64,000 nucleotides of DNA from assembly GCA_016214995.1 (NCBI GenBank), contig JACRML010000059.1:23010-87009 (forward strand). The letters run 5' to 3'. The notes under the pieces are model-generated. The model saw only the letters and a list, made by a program, of their open reading frames with translations, made no database searches and had not been told where the DNA came from. Shown one piece after another: positions 17,289 through 27,336 of the stretch. The stretch's first letter is position 1. Each line of letters starts with the position of its first letter. The translations under genes and the position numbers were made by a program. The stretch comes from Deltaproteobacteria bacterium (GTDB lineage Bacteria; Desulfobacterota; GWC2-55-46; UBA9637).

Positions 17289-20000
17289 TCAACGTGAACT
17301 CTTAAGCACCGCATGCGCCGCAGCCAGCCGTGCTATCGGCACTCTGAAAGGGGAGCAGGATACATAGTTAAATCCGTTTCTGTGGCAGAACTCAACGGTG
17401 GCGGGGTCTCCACCGTGTTCGCCGCAGATACCTATTTTTAAATCTTTTCTTGTTTTTCTGCCTTTTTCGATAGCAATCTTTATGAGCATTCCCACTCCGT
17501 CCTGGTCAAGGGATTGGAACGGGTCGCTTTTCAAAATACCTGTCTTTTTTTCATCCACATAATCCGGCAAAAACCTTCCTGCGTCGTCCCTAGACATACC
17601 GAGAGTCATCTGGGTAAGGTCGTTTGTGCCGAATGAAAAGAATTCTGCAACATCTGCAATCTTATCTGCAAGGAGCGCTGCCCTCGGCACCTCAATCATT
17701 GTGCCGACAAGATATTTTAGTTTTACACCTTGCTCCTTTATAACCTTTTCAGCAATCTCACAGGTTTTTATCTCCAGTATTTTAAGTTCTTTGCCATCTA
17801 TGATAAGTGGATGCATTATTTCAGGATGCACCTTAACGCCTTCTTTTACGCATTCGCACGCAGCCTCAATAATTGCCCTTACCTGCATTTCAAGAATTTC
17901 CGGGTATGTAATGCAGAGACGGCAACCCCTGTGCCCAAGCATTGGATTTGCCTCTTTAAGCCTCTCAACACGTCGCCTTACCTGCTCATACGGAACGGCT
18001 ATCTTTTCAGCCAGATGTCTCTGCTCTCCCTCTGTATGAGGCACAAATTCATGCAATGGCGGGTCTATAAGCCGTATGGTGACTGGCTTGCCATTCATGG
18101 CCTTGAATATGCCTTTAAAATCCTCTCTCTGGAATGGGAGGAGTTTTGCAAGCGCGGTCTTTCTTGTTTCAAGGTCGTCCGCAACTATCATCTCCTGTAT
18201 AGCAAGACGACGCTCGTCGGTATCAAAAAACATATGCTCTGTCCTGCAAAGGCCTATGCCTTCAGCACCAAGCCTTATGGCATTTTCAGCATCATAAGGC
18301 GTGTCTACATTTGTTCTGACATTTAGTTTTCTTACTTCATCAGCCCACCTCATGAGTGTATAATATGCATCAGGCAGTTCCGGTTTTATAAGATTCATAC
18401 TGCCTTGAAACACCTCGCCTGCGGAACCGTTAATGGTTATCTCACTGCCCTCTCTCAGAACCTTGTTTCCTACAACAACAGTTTTATGGATGTAATCTAT
18501 AACAAGCTCTTCGCATCCTACAATGCAGCACTTGCCCCACCCCCTTGCAACAACCGCTGCATGCGATGTCTTTCCGCCTGTTGCTGTCAATATTCCCTGT
18601 GCAGCATGCATCCCGCCCACATCCTCAGGACTTGTCTCTTTTCTTACAAGAATTACCTTTTCACCTCTGCCTGCCCACTCCTCTGCATCCTTTGCATTAA
18701 ATACAACCTTGCCGCATGCAGCGCCGGGCACAGCGGCTATGCCTGCTGCAAAATGGTGCTTATTCAATTCATCTCTTGTTATTTTGGGGTCAATCACAGG
18801 ATAAAAAAGTCCTTCAATCTCTTTATCGGTAATCCTTAAGAGCGCCTCTTTCTTTGTTATGAGTTTTTCCTTTACCATGTCAACCGCCATACAAAACGCT
18901 GCGGTTGGAGAACGTTTGCCGGAACGGCATTGAAGGATGTAAAGCTTGCCTTCTTCAACAGTAAATTCTATATCCTGCATGTCTCTGTAATGTTTTTCAA
19001 GTTTTTTTCTTACATCACAAAGCTGCTTATATATATTTGGCATCATCCTGTTTAAATCACTCAGATGAATCGGGGTTCGAATGCCTGCAACAACATCCTC
19101 TCCCTGTGCATTCATGAGAAGGTCGCCGTAAAAAATATTCTCACCTGTATTAGGGTCCCTTGTAAAACAGACGCCTGTGCCGGATGTCTCGCCCCTGTTG
19201 CCAAATACCATCTGAACTATGTTCACTGCTGTACCGAGAAGCCCTGAAATCTTTTCCACACGGCGGTAGGTAACGGCCTTTTCAGCCATCCATGAGCCAA
19301 ACACAGCATTGATGGCGCCCCAAAGCTGCTCTGTCGGATCTTGCGGAAAATCTTTTTTGGTATGTTTTTTATAAACTGCCTTTAACAAAGGGATAAGCTC
19401 TTCCAGTTCCTGTTCATTTACATCTGTGTCAAGAACCTTTCCCCGATTACTGCCTTCGGGGACAAGATTTGTTATATTGAGTCTTTGCCTTGTCCTCATA
19501 TTTTTAATCCCTTCAAATTCATGTTCAAATTCATCACGATGAATACCCATTGCAATCGCGCCATACATCACAATAAACCTGCGGTAGGCATCCAGAGCAA
19601 ACCTGCGGTTATTTGTCTTTCTGGCAAGCCCTTCAACAGATTTATCATTAAGCCCTAAATTCAGAATGGTTTCCATCATGCCGGGCATTGATCTTGCCGC
19701 TCCTGAACGGACAGAGATAAGGAGAGGATCGTTATAATCTCCAAGTTTTTTGCCAACCAGTTTTTCAAGCCTTGCAAGGTTTTTGGCAACCTCTTTATCA
19801 AGCCCTGAGGGAAATTTGTTATTGTTCTTATAATAGAGGGCACAGACCTCTGTTGTTATGGTAAATCCTGCCGGTACAGGCAGACCTATGTTGGTCATCT
19901 CAGCTAAACCCGCGCCCTTGCCGCCAAGAAGCTCCTTCATGCCTCCTTTGCCCTCGGCCTTTCCCCCGCCAAAGAAATAAACAAATTTTTTAGATGCCAT
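17289..20000 (-). CDS. ppdK: Pyruvate, phosphate dikinase
   Basis: 903 aa with the phosphohistidine region GGKTSHAAVVARG and the PEP-utilising C-terminal domain (GICGEHGGDP). Confidence 0.95.
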   Translation of the reverse strand: MASKKFVYFFGGGKAEGKGGMKELLGGKGAGLAEMTNIGLPVPAGFTITTEVCALYYKNNNKFPSGLDKEVAKNLARLEKLVGKKLGDYNDPLLISVRSGAARSMPGMMETILNLGLNDKSVEGLARKTNNRRFALDAYRRFIVMYGAIAMGIHRDEFEHEFEGIKNMRTRQRLNITNLVPEGSNRGKVLDTDVNEQELEELIPLLKAVYKKHTKKDFPQDPTEQLWGAINAVFGSWMAEKAVTYRRVEKISGLLGTAVNIVQMVFGNRGETSGTGVCFTRDPNTGENIFYGDLLMNAQGEDVVAGIRTPIHLSDLNRMMPNIYKQLCDVRKKLEKHYRDMQDIEFTVEEGKLYILQCRSGKRSPTAAFCMAVDMVKEKLITKKEALLRITDKEIEGLFYPVIDPKITRDELNKHHFAAGIAAVPGAACGKVVFNAKDAEEWAGRGEKVILVRKETSPEDVGGMHAAQGILTATGGKTSHAAVVARGWGKCCIVGCEELVIDYIHKTVVVGNKVLREGSEITINGSAGEVFQGSMNLIKPELPDAYYTLMRWADEVRKLNVRTNVDTPYDAENAIRLGAEGIGLCRTEHMFFDTDERRLAIQEMIVADDLETRKTALAKLLPFQREDFKGIFKAMNGKPVTIRLIDPPLHEFVPHTEGEQRHLAEKIAVPYEQVRRRVERLKEANPMLGHRGCRLCITYPEILEMQVRAIIEAACECVKEGVKVHPEIMHPLIIDGKELKILEIKTCEIAEKVIKEQGVKLKYLVGTMIEVPRAALLADKIADVAEFFSFGTNDLTQMTLGMSRDDAGRFLPDYVDEKKTGILKSDPFQSLDQDGVGMLIKIAIEKGRKTRKDLKIGICGEHGGDPATVEFCHRNGFNYVSCSPFRVPIARLAAAHAVLKSSR

Positions 20001-20131
20001 AAATAAACTCCTTAATAAAAAATCCGAATGACAAAGCTCAAAGTTCGAATGAATGTCAAATGACTAAAAATTTTTCCTTTGTCATTTGGGCTTTGAATTT
20101 TATTTGACATTTGGATTTTGATATTTGGGTT

Positions 20132-21094
20132 CTATTTCCTGCTGAACCTTCTGAAACCGGATGTGGTAATAACTTCCACATTATCAAGTATGCTGTCCAA
20201 AAGCAGGTTCATACCAAGATTATCGCTGCTAATATGGCCTGCAATGACTACATTGATGTGATGCTTTTCCGCCTCTTTCCTGTGGTCTTCACCTATATGC
20301 ATGCCTACAATGGTGCCAACACCGGCAACAGACAGTTTTTCAAAAATATTCTTGCTCCCGCCTGTACCGCCTGTCATATCAACAAAGACCTTGCCTGCCC
20401 TTCTCTTCTCTGAATTTACAAACACCTTTGGTCCCGCCTTTTCATTCAAGGCATCTTTGTATTCAGGTATATCTCTCAATATATCTATAATATCAGAAAC
20501 TCTGCCGGGTTTTTTATCGTCAAAAATCTTTTGCAGGTAATCGGTGACTGCATTATCGGAAGGGGTGTGGATGCACATAAAGGGAATATCCAAAAGCCTT
20601 GCAGCGTCTATTGCCCTTGTGTGATTGGCTGGAGAGATTCTTCTTTCAACCTCGCTTATCCTTTCTGCCATAAGGTCTTCGGCCACATTGATGGGAACGC
20701 CGTATTTGAGCAGGATGCCTGACTGCATATCCATGACTTCATAAAGTGCAGCCATGGCCCTGCCTTCGGGATGATGGGAAATTATAAGGTCAACCGGTTT
20801 GCCGCTGTTCCTCAGCCTGTCGGCAAGGAGAACCTCGCCAACCTCCATGTCAATGCCAACCAAAACGGCTTTTATATCCCTGTCAGGCTCGCCGTATAAT
20901 ATACGGGTATCGGCATAGGGATTTGTCAAGCTCTCTTTATCAAAAACTTTTTTATCCGCATCCTTGATCTCTTCAAAATCCTTTTTAGCCCTTCTCAACT
21001 CGGCCTCAACCTCAGCCTTGCCTCTGGGGTCAAGCTCAATGCCGCGCTGCACAGCCTTATTATAAATATCTTTTATCTTCACTTTACCTCTCAA
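20132..21094 (-). CDS. NIF3-family (GTP cyclohydrolase 1 type 2 homologue) dinuclear-metal protein
   Basis: DLIISHHP, CIHTPSDN and AGHISSD motifs at NIF3/YbgI-like spacing. Confidence 0.7.
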   Translation of the reverse strand: MRGKVKIKDIYNKAVQRGIELDPRGKAEVEAELRRAKKDFEEIKDADKKVFDKESLTNPYADTRILYGEPDRDIKAVLVGIDMEVGEVLLADRLRNSGKPVDLIISHHPEGRAMAALYEVMDMQSGILLKYGVPINVAEDLMAERISEVERRISPANHTRAIDAARLLDIPFMCIHTPSDNAVTDYLQKIFDDKKPGRVSDIIDILRDIPEYKDALNEKAGPKVFVNSEKRRAGKVFVDMTGGTGGSKNIFEKLSVAGVGTIVGMHIGEDHRKEAEKHHINVVIAGHISSDNLGMNLLLDSILDNVEVITTSGFRRFSRK

Positions 21095-21188
21095 ACAATA
21101 AGGCTGAAGGCTGATGGCTGAAGAAAGATAAAAAAGGTGCTTCTATCTCTCTTCTTCAGCCTTACGCCTTCAGCCCATCTTTACAACC

Positions 21189-21644
21189 TTAACCGCCTAA
21201 AACCTCTTTCACCACTTCATTTACCAGCTTGCCATCTGCCTTTCCAGCAACCTTCGGCATAACATCCTTCATAACCCTGCCAATATCCTTGGGTCCTGAG
21301 ATCTGAAGATTTTTTACAATATCACTAACAATACCCTTTATTTCATCTCTGGAAAGCTGAGGAGGAAGAAAGGATTGTAGGATTTTTAGTTCAGCCTCTT
21401 CTTTATCCACCAAATCCTGCCTGCCGCCCTTCTTAAACTGATATATAGACTCAAGGCTTTGCTTTAGCATGGTCTTAATAACAGCAACAACTTCTTCATC
21501 GCTTAAACCTTCTGCCCGCTTGATGAGTGCTATCTCCTTGTTTTTCACTTGAGCCAGAATATTGCGAAGCGCCCCAAGCCTCGTTTTATCCTGAGCCTTG
21601 GCCGCTTCATTCATATGCTTAACCAGATTTTCTCGTAGAGACAT
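21189..21644 (-). CDS. GatB/YqeY-domain protein
   Basis: LRENLVKHMNEAAKAQDKTRLGALRNILAQVKNKEI... is a typical YqeY N-terminus. The gene is adjacent to rpsU, as in many bacteria. Confidence 0.85.
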   Translation of the reverse strand: MSLRENLVKHMNEAAKAQDKTRLGALRNILAQVKNKEIALIKRAEGLSDEEVVAVIKTMLKQSLESIYQFKKGGRQDLVDKEEAELKILQSFLPPQLSRDEIKGIVSDIVKNLQISGPKDIGRVMKDVMPKVAGKADGKLVNEVVKEVLGG

Positions 21645-21652
21645 AGTAACTC

Positions 21653-21742
21653 CGTAGGCGGTAAGCAGTAGGCAGTAAGGAGTAAGTAGTAAAACCTTCC
21701 TTTCTTTTTTCTGTATACTGCATTCTGCTTACTCCTTACTGT
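21653..21742. repeat. Heptamer-periodic inverted array (intercistronic hairpin) between the yqeY-like gene and rpsU
   Basis: The left arm is TAGGCGG TAAGCAG TAGGCAG TAAGGAG TAAGTAG. The right arm contains the complement CTTACTCCTTACTG and TACTGCATTCTGCTTAC. Confidence 0.75.
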
Positions 21743-21745
21743 ATT

Positions 21746-21943
21746 TTAATACTCTCTCTTTCTTGTTCTTTTAAGCGCTCTTTTCCTTGCTGCAATGGCC
21801 TTTTTTTTCTTCTTCACACTCGGCTTATCATAATGCTCGCGTTTCCTTATCTCGCTTAGTATTCCAGCTTTTTCACACTGCTTCTTGAATCTTTTCATGG
21901 CACTCTCAAAGGATTCGCCTTCTTTTATCCTTACACCAGGCAT
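21746..21943 (-). CDS. rpsU: 30S ribosomal protein S21
   Basis: [38 protein letters not shown] matches S21. The start is set at the ATG at 21943, which follows a GAGGGGG site. The upstream ORF extension is a translation of a heptamer array. Confidence 0.9.
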   Translation of the reverse strand: MPGVRIKEGESFESAMKRFKKQCEKAGILSEIRKREHYDKPSVKKKKKAIAARKRALKRTRKREY

Positions 21944-22045
21944 TAGTTTTTCACCCCCTCCTCTTTCCGATTTTAGATTTACAATTTTGGATTTACGATT
22001 TGGGGTTTTAATTCGTAAATCGTAATTCGTAAATCGCAATTTGTT

Positions 22046-22633
22046 TTATGTTCCTTTCTTCAACTCGATAAGCACAAGTTTTACTATAGCCTTTAATGTT
22101 TCGAAAACTCCAACACCCGTAGCAGCAACAGCTTCAAAATCAGGGGCGCCATTAACATTTAAGACTTTTTTAAATTCTGCCAAAGGCACCACATTTGCAA
22201 GGTCTCTTTTATTATACTGAATCACATACGGTATGTTGGAAATATCATATCCCTGTTCCTTCAAATTTGCCTTCATATTCTCAAAGCTCTCTATATTTGC
22301 GTCCATCCTCTCTATCTGAGAATCTGCAACAAAAACAATACCGTCCACACCCTTTAAAATAAGCTTTCTTGACGCATCATAGAATATCTGACCAGGAACA
22401 GTATAAAGGTGAAACCTCGTTTTGAAGCCTTTTATATCTCCAAGAGAAAGCGGGAGAAAATCAAAGAAGAGCGTCCTCTCAGTCTCAGTTGCGAGAGATA
22501 TCATTTTCCCTCTATGTTCCGGGTTGGTTTTTTTGAAAATAAACGACAGGTTTGTAGTTTTGCCGCAAAGACCGGGACCGTAATACACGATCTTGCAGTT
22601 TATCTCACGGGAAGAATAGTTTATGAAAGACAT
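22046..22633 (-). CDS. mglA: Ras-like small GTPase MglA
   Basis: [16 protein letters not shown]-loop, LYTVPGQ in place of the Ras DxxGQ motif (an MglA hallmark) and NKRD. Confidence 0.9.
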   Translation of the reverse strand: MSFINYSSREINCKIVYYGPGLCGKTTNLSFIFKKTNPEHRGKMISLATETERTLFFDFLPLSLGDIKGFKTRFHLYTVPGQIFYDASRKLILKGVDGIVFVADSQIERMDANIESFENMKANLKEQGYDISNIPYVIQYNKRDLANVVPLAEFKKVLNVNGAPDFEAVAATGVGVFETLKAIVKLVLIELKKGT

Positions 22634-22728
22634 TTTTTTAAAAACCCCTTTTAAAATAGAGAATTGGCGAATTAGTGAATTGGTGAATCAGTTCTAATTC
22701 TCTAATCTCTAATTCTCTAATCAACCAA

Positions 22729-23214
22729 CTAGTGGAACAATTTATCTATATCAGTATCTGTAATCTCCGCAAGAAGATTTTCCTGAACTGATGGCTTTTT
22801 CTCCACCCGTCGCAGAAGTTTTTGCAATATTGCATTAAGCTCATCATTTGCCTTCTTCACTCTGAGTCTTACAAGCCCAAGAGATGACCTCTGGTCAAAT
22901 ATAACAACCACTATCACTCTCTGTCCAACAATAGATATGTGCAGATTATCCTTCTCTCCTTCATGGAAAAGTATGGAAAATTCCTTTTCGCCTATAAGTT
23001 TTGCCAGCCCTCCGGTAGCAGCTATATTGCCTGCTGTCAAAGACGCAAGAGAGGTTGTATCCATATCCCCTGTTTCGCCGCTTGCAGCAATCAACTGCCC
23101 GTCTTTATCTACCAGGAATACAACCTTTGCATTGGCCTCCTTAAGCAGTCTGTCAATAACAGCGGTAATCTGCTTAAATTCTTCCTCAAACATTACCAGT
23201 GAGCTAGTCGGCAT
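22729..23214 (-). CDS. mglB: Roadblock/LC7 protein MglB (GAP of MglA)
   Basis: Roadblock-like sequence (VVFLVDKDGQLIA...) located immediately upstream of mglA in the same operon. Confidence 0.75.
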   Translation of the reverse strand: MPTSSLVMFEEEFKQITAVIDRLLKEANAKVVFLVDKDGQLIAASGETGDMDTTSLASLTAGNIAATGGLAKLIGEKEFSILFHEGEKDNLHISIVGQRVIVVVIFDQRSSLGLVRLRVKKANDELNAILQKLLRRVEKKPSVQENLLAEITDTDIDKLFH

Positions 23215-23296
23215 AGTTAAATAGAGTCAAGATGCAAGATAGTAAGATGCAAGATTTTTTCTTGCTTCTTGCTTCTGTTTTACCCCTTCTACCTCC

Positions 23297-24229
23297 TTAT
23301 ACAAATTTCCCATCAAGACCCAAAAGTCTTTCCCACTCCGCATCTATAGACTTTTGCAGTTTATCCAACGACTCTTTATTTTCCGGCTTTAGAAGATGTT
23401 TGAATCTGGCCTGCATCTTAAGCCACTCCGATATAGGCTTTTTTTCTTTTGGTTTATAATTAATCTTTAAAACTCCGCTCTCCACTTCGTAAAGTACCCA
23501 ATAGCATGTATCAACCGCTACTTTTGCAGCCTCTATTGATTCTTCAGGTTTGGAATACCAGCCCAGCGGGCACGGTGATATTACATTTAAAAAGCTGGGG
23601 CCGTCTGCCTGAAGCGCCTTCTCAGCTTTTTTTGAAAGGTCTGCCCAATTATGAGGCGATGCCTGGGCAACATAAGAAATATTATGCGCAACAACTATCC
23701 TGGTAAGGTCTTTTCTCGTTTCCCGCTTTCCCGGAATAATATCACCTGCCGGCGAGGTTGTTGTGGCAGCGCCAAAAGGAGTAGCACCGGAGCGCTGTAT
23801 ACCTGTATTCATATATGCACCATTGTCATAACATAAATATAAAAAATTATGTCCCCTCTCGAGAGCACCTGATAGCGCCTGCAGACCAATATCATATGTC
23901 CCACCATCGCCGCCAAAGGCAATAAACTTTATTTTTTTATCCTGCGGAATCTTACCTCGCTTTTTAAACGCCCTATAAGCCGTCTCTATTCCACTAATGG
24001 TGGCAGCAGCATTTTCAAACGCCGAGTGTATCCACGGTATTCTCCATGCTGTATATGGATATATTGTAGTGCCAACCTCAAGACATCCCGTTGCCGTAGT
24101 AGCAACTACAGGACCGTTAGCTGCCCTTAATACCAATCTGACTATTGGCGGTATACCGCACCCTGAACAAAGCCTGTGACCGCCCGAGAAAAGTTCATCT
24201 CTTTTTGAAAGTTCTTTAAGTGTGGCCAT
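23297..24229 (-). CDS. porB: Pyruvate (2-oxoacid):ferredoxin oxidoreductase, beta (TPP-binding) subunit
   Basis: The CSGCG N-terminal motif and the GDGGTYDIG TPP-binding motif are present. Confidence 0.9.
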   Translation of the reverse strand: MATLKELSKRDELFSGGHRLCSGCGIPPIVRLVLRAANGPVVATTATGCLEVGTTIYPYTAWRIPWIHSAFENAAATISGIETAYRAFKKRGKIPQDKKIKFIAFGGDGGTYDIGLQALSGALERGHNFLYLCYDNGAYMNTGIQRSGATPFGAATTTSPAGDIIPGKRETRKDLTRIVVAHNISYVAQASPHNWADLSKKAEKALQADGPSFLNVISPCPLGWYSKPEESIEAAKVAVDTCYWVLYEVESGVLKINYKPKEKKPISEWLKMQARFKHLLKPENKESLDKLQKSIDAEWERLLGLDGKFV

Positions 24230-24247
24230 TGTATTTTCCCCTTAATT

Positions 24248-24360
24248 CAAATCTCAAATATCAAAACGCAAAACTATAAATTCAAAAAACAAAACTATAG
24301 AAGATTTTAGTTTTGCAGTTTTAAATTTAAGTTTTGAGCTTTGCGTTTTGAGTTTTGCAT
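24248..24360. repeat. Heptamer-periodic inverted array between porA and porB
   Basis: CAAATCT CAAATAT CAAAACG CAAAACT ATAAATT CAAAAAA CAAAACT, followed by ATTTTAG TTTTGCA GTTTTAA ATTTAAG TTTTGAG CTTTGCG TTTTGAG TTTTGCA. Confidence 0.8.
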
Positions 24361-24362
24361 TA

Positions 24363-25553
24363 TTATAAAGTGATATACTTCATCAATGTTTCAATCTTGC
24401 CTGTCTTGAAAATTCCCAAAAGCTCATCAAAAACCTGGACAGCATCTTTTACCATATAATCTCTTCCGCCAAGACCGAATATTCTGCTTACAACCTTTGG
24501 TCGTTTTTCCAATTCATACAGCGCGGAACGAATCTCGTTAAAAAGAGGGCCTCCGAAACCGCTCATAGAATCAGCCCTGTCAAGCACAGCCACAGCCTTC
24601 ACATTTTTAAGCGCACCGGCTATCTCTTCAAAAGGGAAAGGCCTGAAAAGCCTTGGCCTTAAGATGCCAACCTTCTTGCCTGCCTTTCTTAATTCATCCA
24701 CCGCAACCTTGGTAGTACCGGCGGCAGAACTAAGTATTACAATGGCTGCCTCTGCATCGTCCAGTTTATATTTCTCCATAAGACCATACTCTCTGCCGAA
24801 TCTATTTCCAAATTCTTTTCCAATTTCAGAAACCACATCTTTTGCACGGGCAATTGCCTCTGACTGCTGCCGCTTAAATTCAATGTATGTATCAGGCAAA
24901 GTCATTGCCCCGTAAGTAACCGGATGATCCGTATCAAGAAGGGGGTGCTGCGCCTTATACTCTCCTATAAACTGCTTTATATCATCATCAACAATAAGCG
25001 AGATATTTTCAATTGCATGGCTTGTTATAAAACCGTCAAGGCAAACCATAACAGGCAGCAGAACCTTTTCATTTTCAGCTATCCTTACCGCCTGAAAGAG
25101 GTTATCATAGGCCTCCTGCACCGTCTCAGAATAAATCTGTATCCAGCCTGAGTCTCTTGCACCCATTGAATCCGAGTGGTCGCAGTGGATATTTATAGGA
25201 GCTGAAAGCGCCCTGTTTACATCCGTAAGCACTATGGGAAGCCTCATGCCCGAAGCAATATAAAGCATTTCCCACATAAGCGCCAATCCCTGCGATGATG
25301 TTGCAGTCATAACCCTTGCGCCTGCAGCGGATGCACCAATACATGCACTCATGGCCGAATGCTCACTCTCAACCGTTATAAACTCTGTATCAACTTTGCC
25401 GTCAGCAACATAACTTGAAAATTCTTCCACTACCTGAGTAGATGGAGTTATGGGATAAGCCGCACATACATCCGGGTTTATCTGTTTCATGGCATAGGCA
25501 ATTGCAGAATTTCCTGTAAGCCCTACCTGTCCTTTTATCATTGTAATCGCCAT
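24363..25553 (-). CDS. porA: Pyruvate:ferredoxin oxidoreductase, alpha subunit
   Basis: 396 aa with the YPITPST motif, in operon position between the delta and beta subunits. Confidence 0.9.
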   Translation of the reverse strand: MAITMIKGQVGLTGNSAIAYAMKQINPDVCAAYPITPSTQVVEEFSSYVADGKVDTEFITVESEHSAMSACIGASAAGARVMTATSSQGLALMWEMLYIASGMRLPIVLTDVNRALSAPINIHCDHSDSMGARDSGWIQIYSETVQEAYDNLFQAVRIAENEKVLLPVMVCLDGFITSHAIENISLIVDDDIKQFIGEYKAQHPLLDTDHPVTYGAMTLPDTYIEFKRQQSEAIARAKDVVSEIGKEFGNRFGREYGLMEKYKLDDAEAAIVILSSAAGTTKVAVDELRKAGKKVGILRPRLFRPFPFEEIAGALKNVKAVAVLDRADSMSGFGGPLFNEIRSALYELEKRPKVVSRIFGLGGRDYMVKDAVQVFDELLGIFKTGKIETLMKYITL

Positions 25554-25834
25554 CAGCCAGCCTCCTCTTCCATCTTTATAGCCTTGACCTTGTCAGGGCA
25601 TTCTTCCGCGCATATACCACAGCCCTTGCAGTGTTCCATATCAAACCCGATCATCTTGCCGTCTTGCACGACAATGGCAGAATCCGGGCACATAACCCAG
25701 CATATGAGGCAATTGGTGCATTTCCCTTTATCAAGGAGCGGCTTTAACTTCCTCCAGCCGCCTGTTACATATTCATGGGCTGTTCCAGCCTCTGTAATAA
25801 CCCCACCGATGGGAAGATTCTTTTTCTCTGCCAT
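25553..25834 (-). CDS. porD: Pyruvate:ferredoxin oxidoreductase, delta (2x[4Fe-4S] ferredoxin) subunit
   Basis: CTNCLICWVMCP and CKGCGICAEECP cluster motifs. There is a 1-nt overlap with porA. Confidence 0.9.
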   Translation of the reverse strand: MAEKKNLPIGGVITEAGTAHEYVTGGWRKLKPLLDKGKCTNCLICWVMCPDSAIVVQDGKMIGFDMEHCKGCGICAEECPDKVKAIKMEEEAG

Positions 25835-25923
25835 ATTTAATTTACCCCGTTAGAAATTTATATTTCGAAGCCAGCTACTCTGTTGTTCTTTATCACCTTC
25901 GTGAAAGGAATTTCTAATGGGGT

Positions 25924-26529
25924 TTATTCCCCTTTAGCCTCGTTAAATCCTCTCGTCATCGCATTAATATTCCCTTCTATAATCTTGCTATTGAATTTCT
26001 TGGAGTAGTTCTCCTTGAAGTTATCTATCAGTATATCTAAGGTAATAACATTTGCCACCTTTGCCAGCGCCCCAAGCATTGGTGTGTTGGGCATATTTCT
26101 GCCAATAGCTTCAAGAGATATCTTTGAAGCATCCAGTGTATATACCCTTGTACCCTTACTTTTCAGACCAAGTTCTTTATACATCTCCTGAGGAGATTTT
26201 GAGGTATTTACTATGAATACTGCATTATCAGGAACGCCGGCTGTAACACCACCTGAAGACTCCATGCCTCCTGAGAGAGACATGCCTATCAATGTCGGGT
26301 CAGCTATAAGCACATATTTTGGCTCCGTTACGCGGCAGTGCAACCTTATCGGCTCATCCGAAACCCTGTTGTATGCCGCTACAGGCGCTCCCATTCTTTC
26401 AGGGCCAAATTCAGGAAAGGCCTGAACATATTTGCCCGACCTTAAACAAGATTCCCCAAGCATTTTTGCAGCGGTCACAATACCCTGCTGCGCCCTTCCA
26501 TGCCATCGTATTTCAATGTAATCAGCCAT
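25924..26529 (-). CDS. porG: Pyruvate:ferredoxin oxidoreductase, gamma subunit
   Basis: IRWHGRAQQGIVTAAKML... matches the gamma-subunit N-terminus. The start is set at the ATG at 26529. Confidence 0.9.
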   Translation of the reverse strand: MADYIEIRWHGRAQQGIVTAAKMLGESCLRSGKYVQAFPEFGPERMGAPVAAYNRVSDEPIRLHCRVTEPKYVLIADPTLIGMSLSGGMESSGGVTAGVPDNAVFIVNTSKSPQEMYKELGLKSKGTRVYTLDASKISLEAIGRNMPNTPMLGALAKVANVITLDILIDNFKENYSKKFNSKIIEGNINAMTRGFNEAKGE

Positions 26530-26545
26530 AAGTCGCTCCGCTCCA

Positions 26546-26628
26546 TTGCAAAATGCAAAGTGCAAATTTTAAATCGCAAAGTAAAAGGTATACTGCTCAC
26601 TTTTCATTTTGCAATTTGCACTTTGCAA
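26546..26628. repeat. Heptamer-periodic inverted array between recR and porG
   Basis: AAAATGC AAAGTGC AAATTTT AAATCGC AAAGTAA ... ACTTTTC ATTTTGC AATTTGC ACTTTGC. Confidence 0.8.
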
Positions 26629-26634
26629 TATTAT

Positions 26635-27234
26635 TTACAGCTCTCTTCTTCCCTCAATTGCCCTTACAAGCGTTGCACCATCTATATATTCAAGATCACT
26701 TCCAACAGGAACGCCTGTTGCAATCCTGGTAATTCTTATTCCCGTCGGTTTCAACAATCTGGTTATATAAAGAACTGTTGCTTCCCCATCTATATCCGAA
26801 TTGGTCGCCAAAATTATTTCTTTTATCACACCTTGCCTTACCCTGTCCAGCAGTCCATTTACCTTTATATCATCCGGCCCTATACCCTTAAGCGGAGAAA
26901 GAGCACCGTGCAGTATATGATATTTGCCTTTAAACCCCCCCATCTTCTCAATAGCTGCCATATCCTTTACATCTTCTACCACGCAGATTACATCGTCTTT
27001 CCTGTAATTGTCGCTGCATATTGCACATGGGTTTTTATCAGAGAGACTGTGGCAACTTGAACACAGTATTATCTTTTCTTTTACATCAATAAGGCTTTTT
27101 GCAAGGTTTTCAGCATACTCCTTATCGGCATTAAGCACATAAAAGGCAAAACGGGAAGCGGTCTTTTCTCCAACACCCGGCAGTCTGGAAAATTCCTTAA
27201 TCAACCTTGTTATCGGCTCTGCATAATAGGTCAT
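26635..27234 (-). CDS. recR: Recombination protein RecR
   Basis: LPGVGEKTA helix-hairpin-helix, a C4 zinc finger (CSSC...CAIC) and a Toprim region. Confidence 0.95.
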   Translation of the reverse strand: MTYYAEPITRLIKEFSRLPGVGEKTASRFAFYVLNADKEYAENLAKSLIDVKEKIILCSSCHSLSDKNPCAICSDNYRKDDVICVVEDVKDMAAIEKMGGFKGKYHILHGALSPLKGIGPDDIKVNGLLDRVRQGVIKEIILATNSDIDGEATVLYITRLLKPTGIRITRIATGVPVGSDLEYIDGATLVRAIEGRREL

Positions 27235-27239
27235 AATGA

Positions 27240-27336
27240 AGAAAACTCAAATATCAAAACTCAAATATCAAAATTAAGGAATGTTACTTTTAAATTTTAA
27301 TTTGTTATTTTGATTTTTGACTTTTTATTTTTGATT
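27240..27336. repeat. Heptamer-periodic inverted array between ybaB and recR
   Basis: CTCAAAT ATCAAAA CTCAAAT ATCAAAA ... GTTATTT TGATTTT TGACTTT TTATTTT TGATTTT. Confidence 0.8.
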
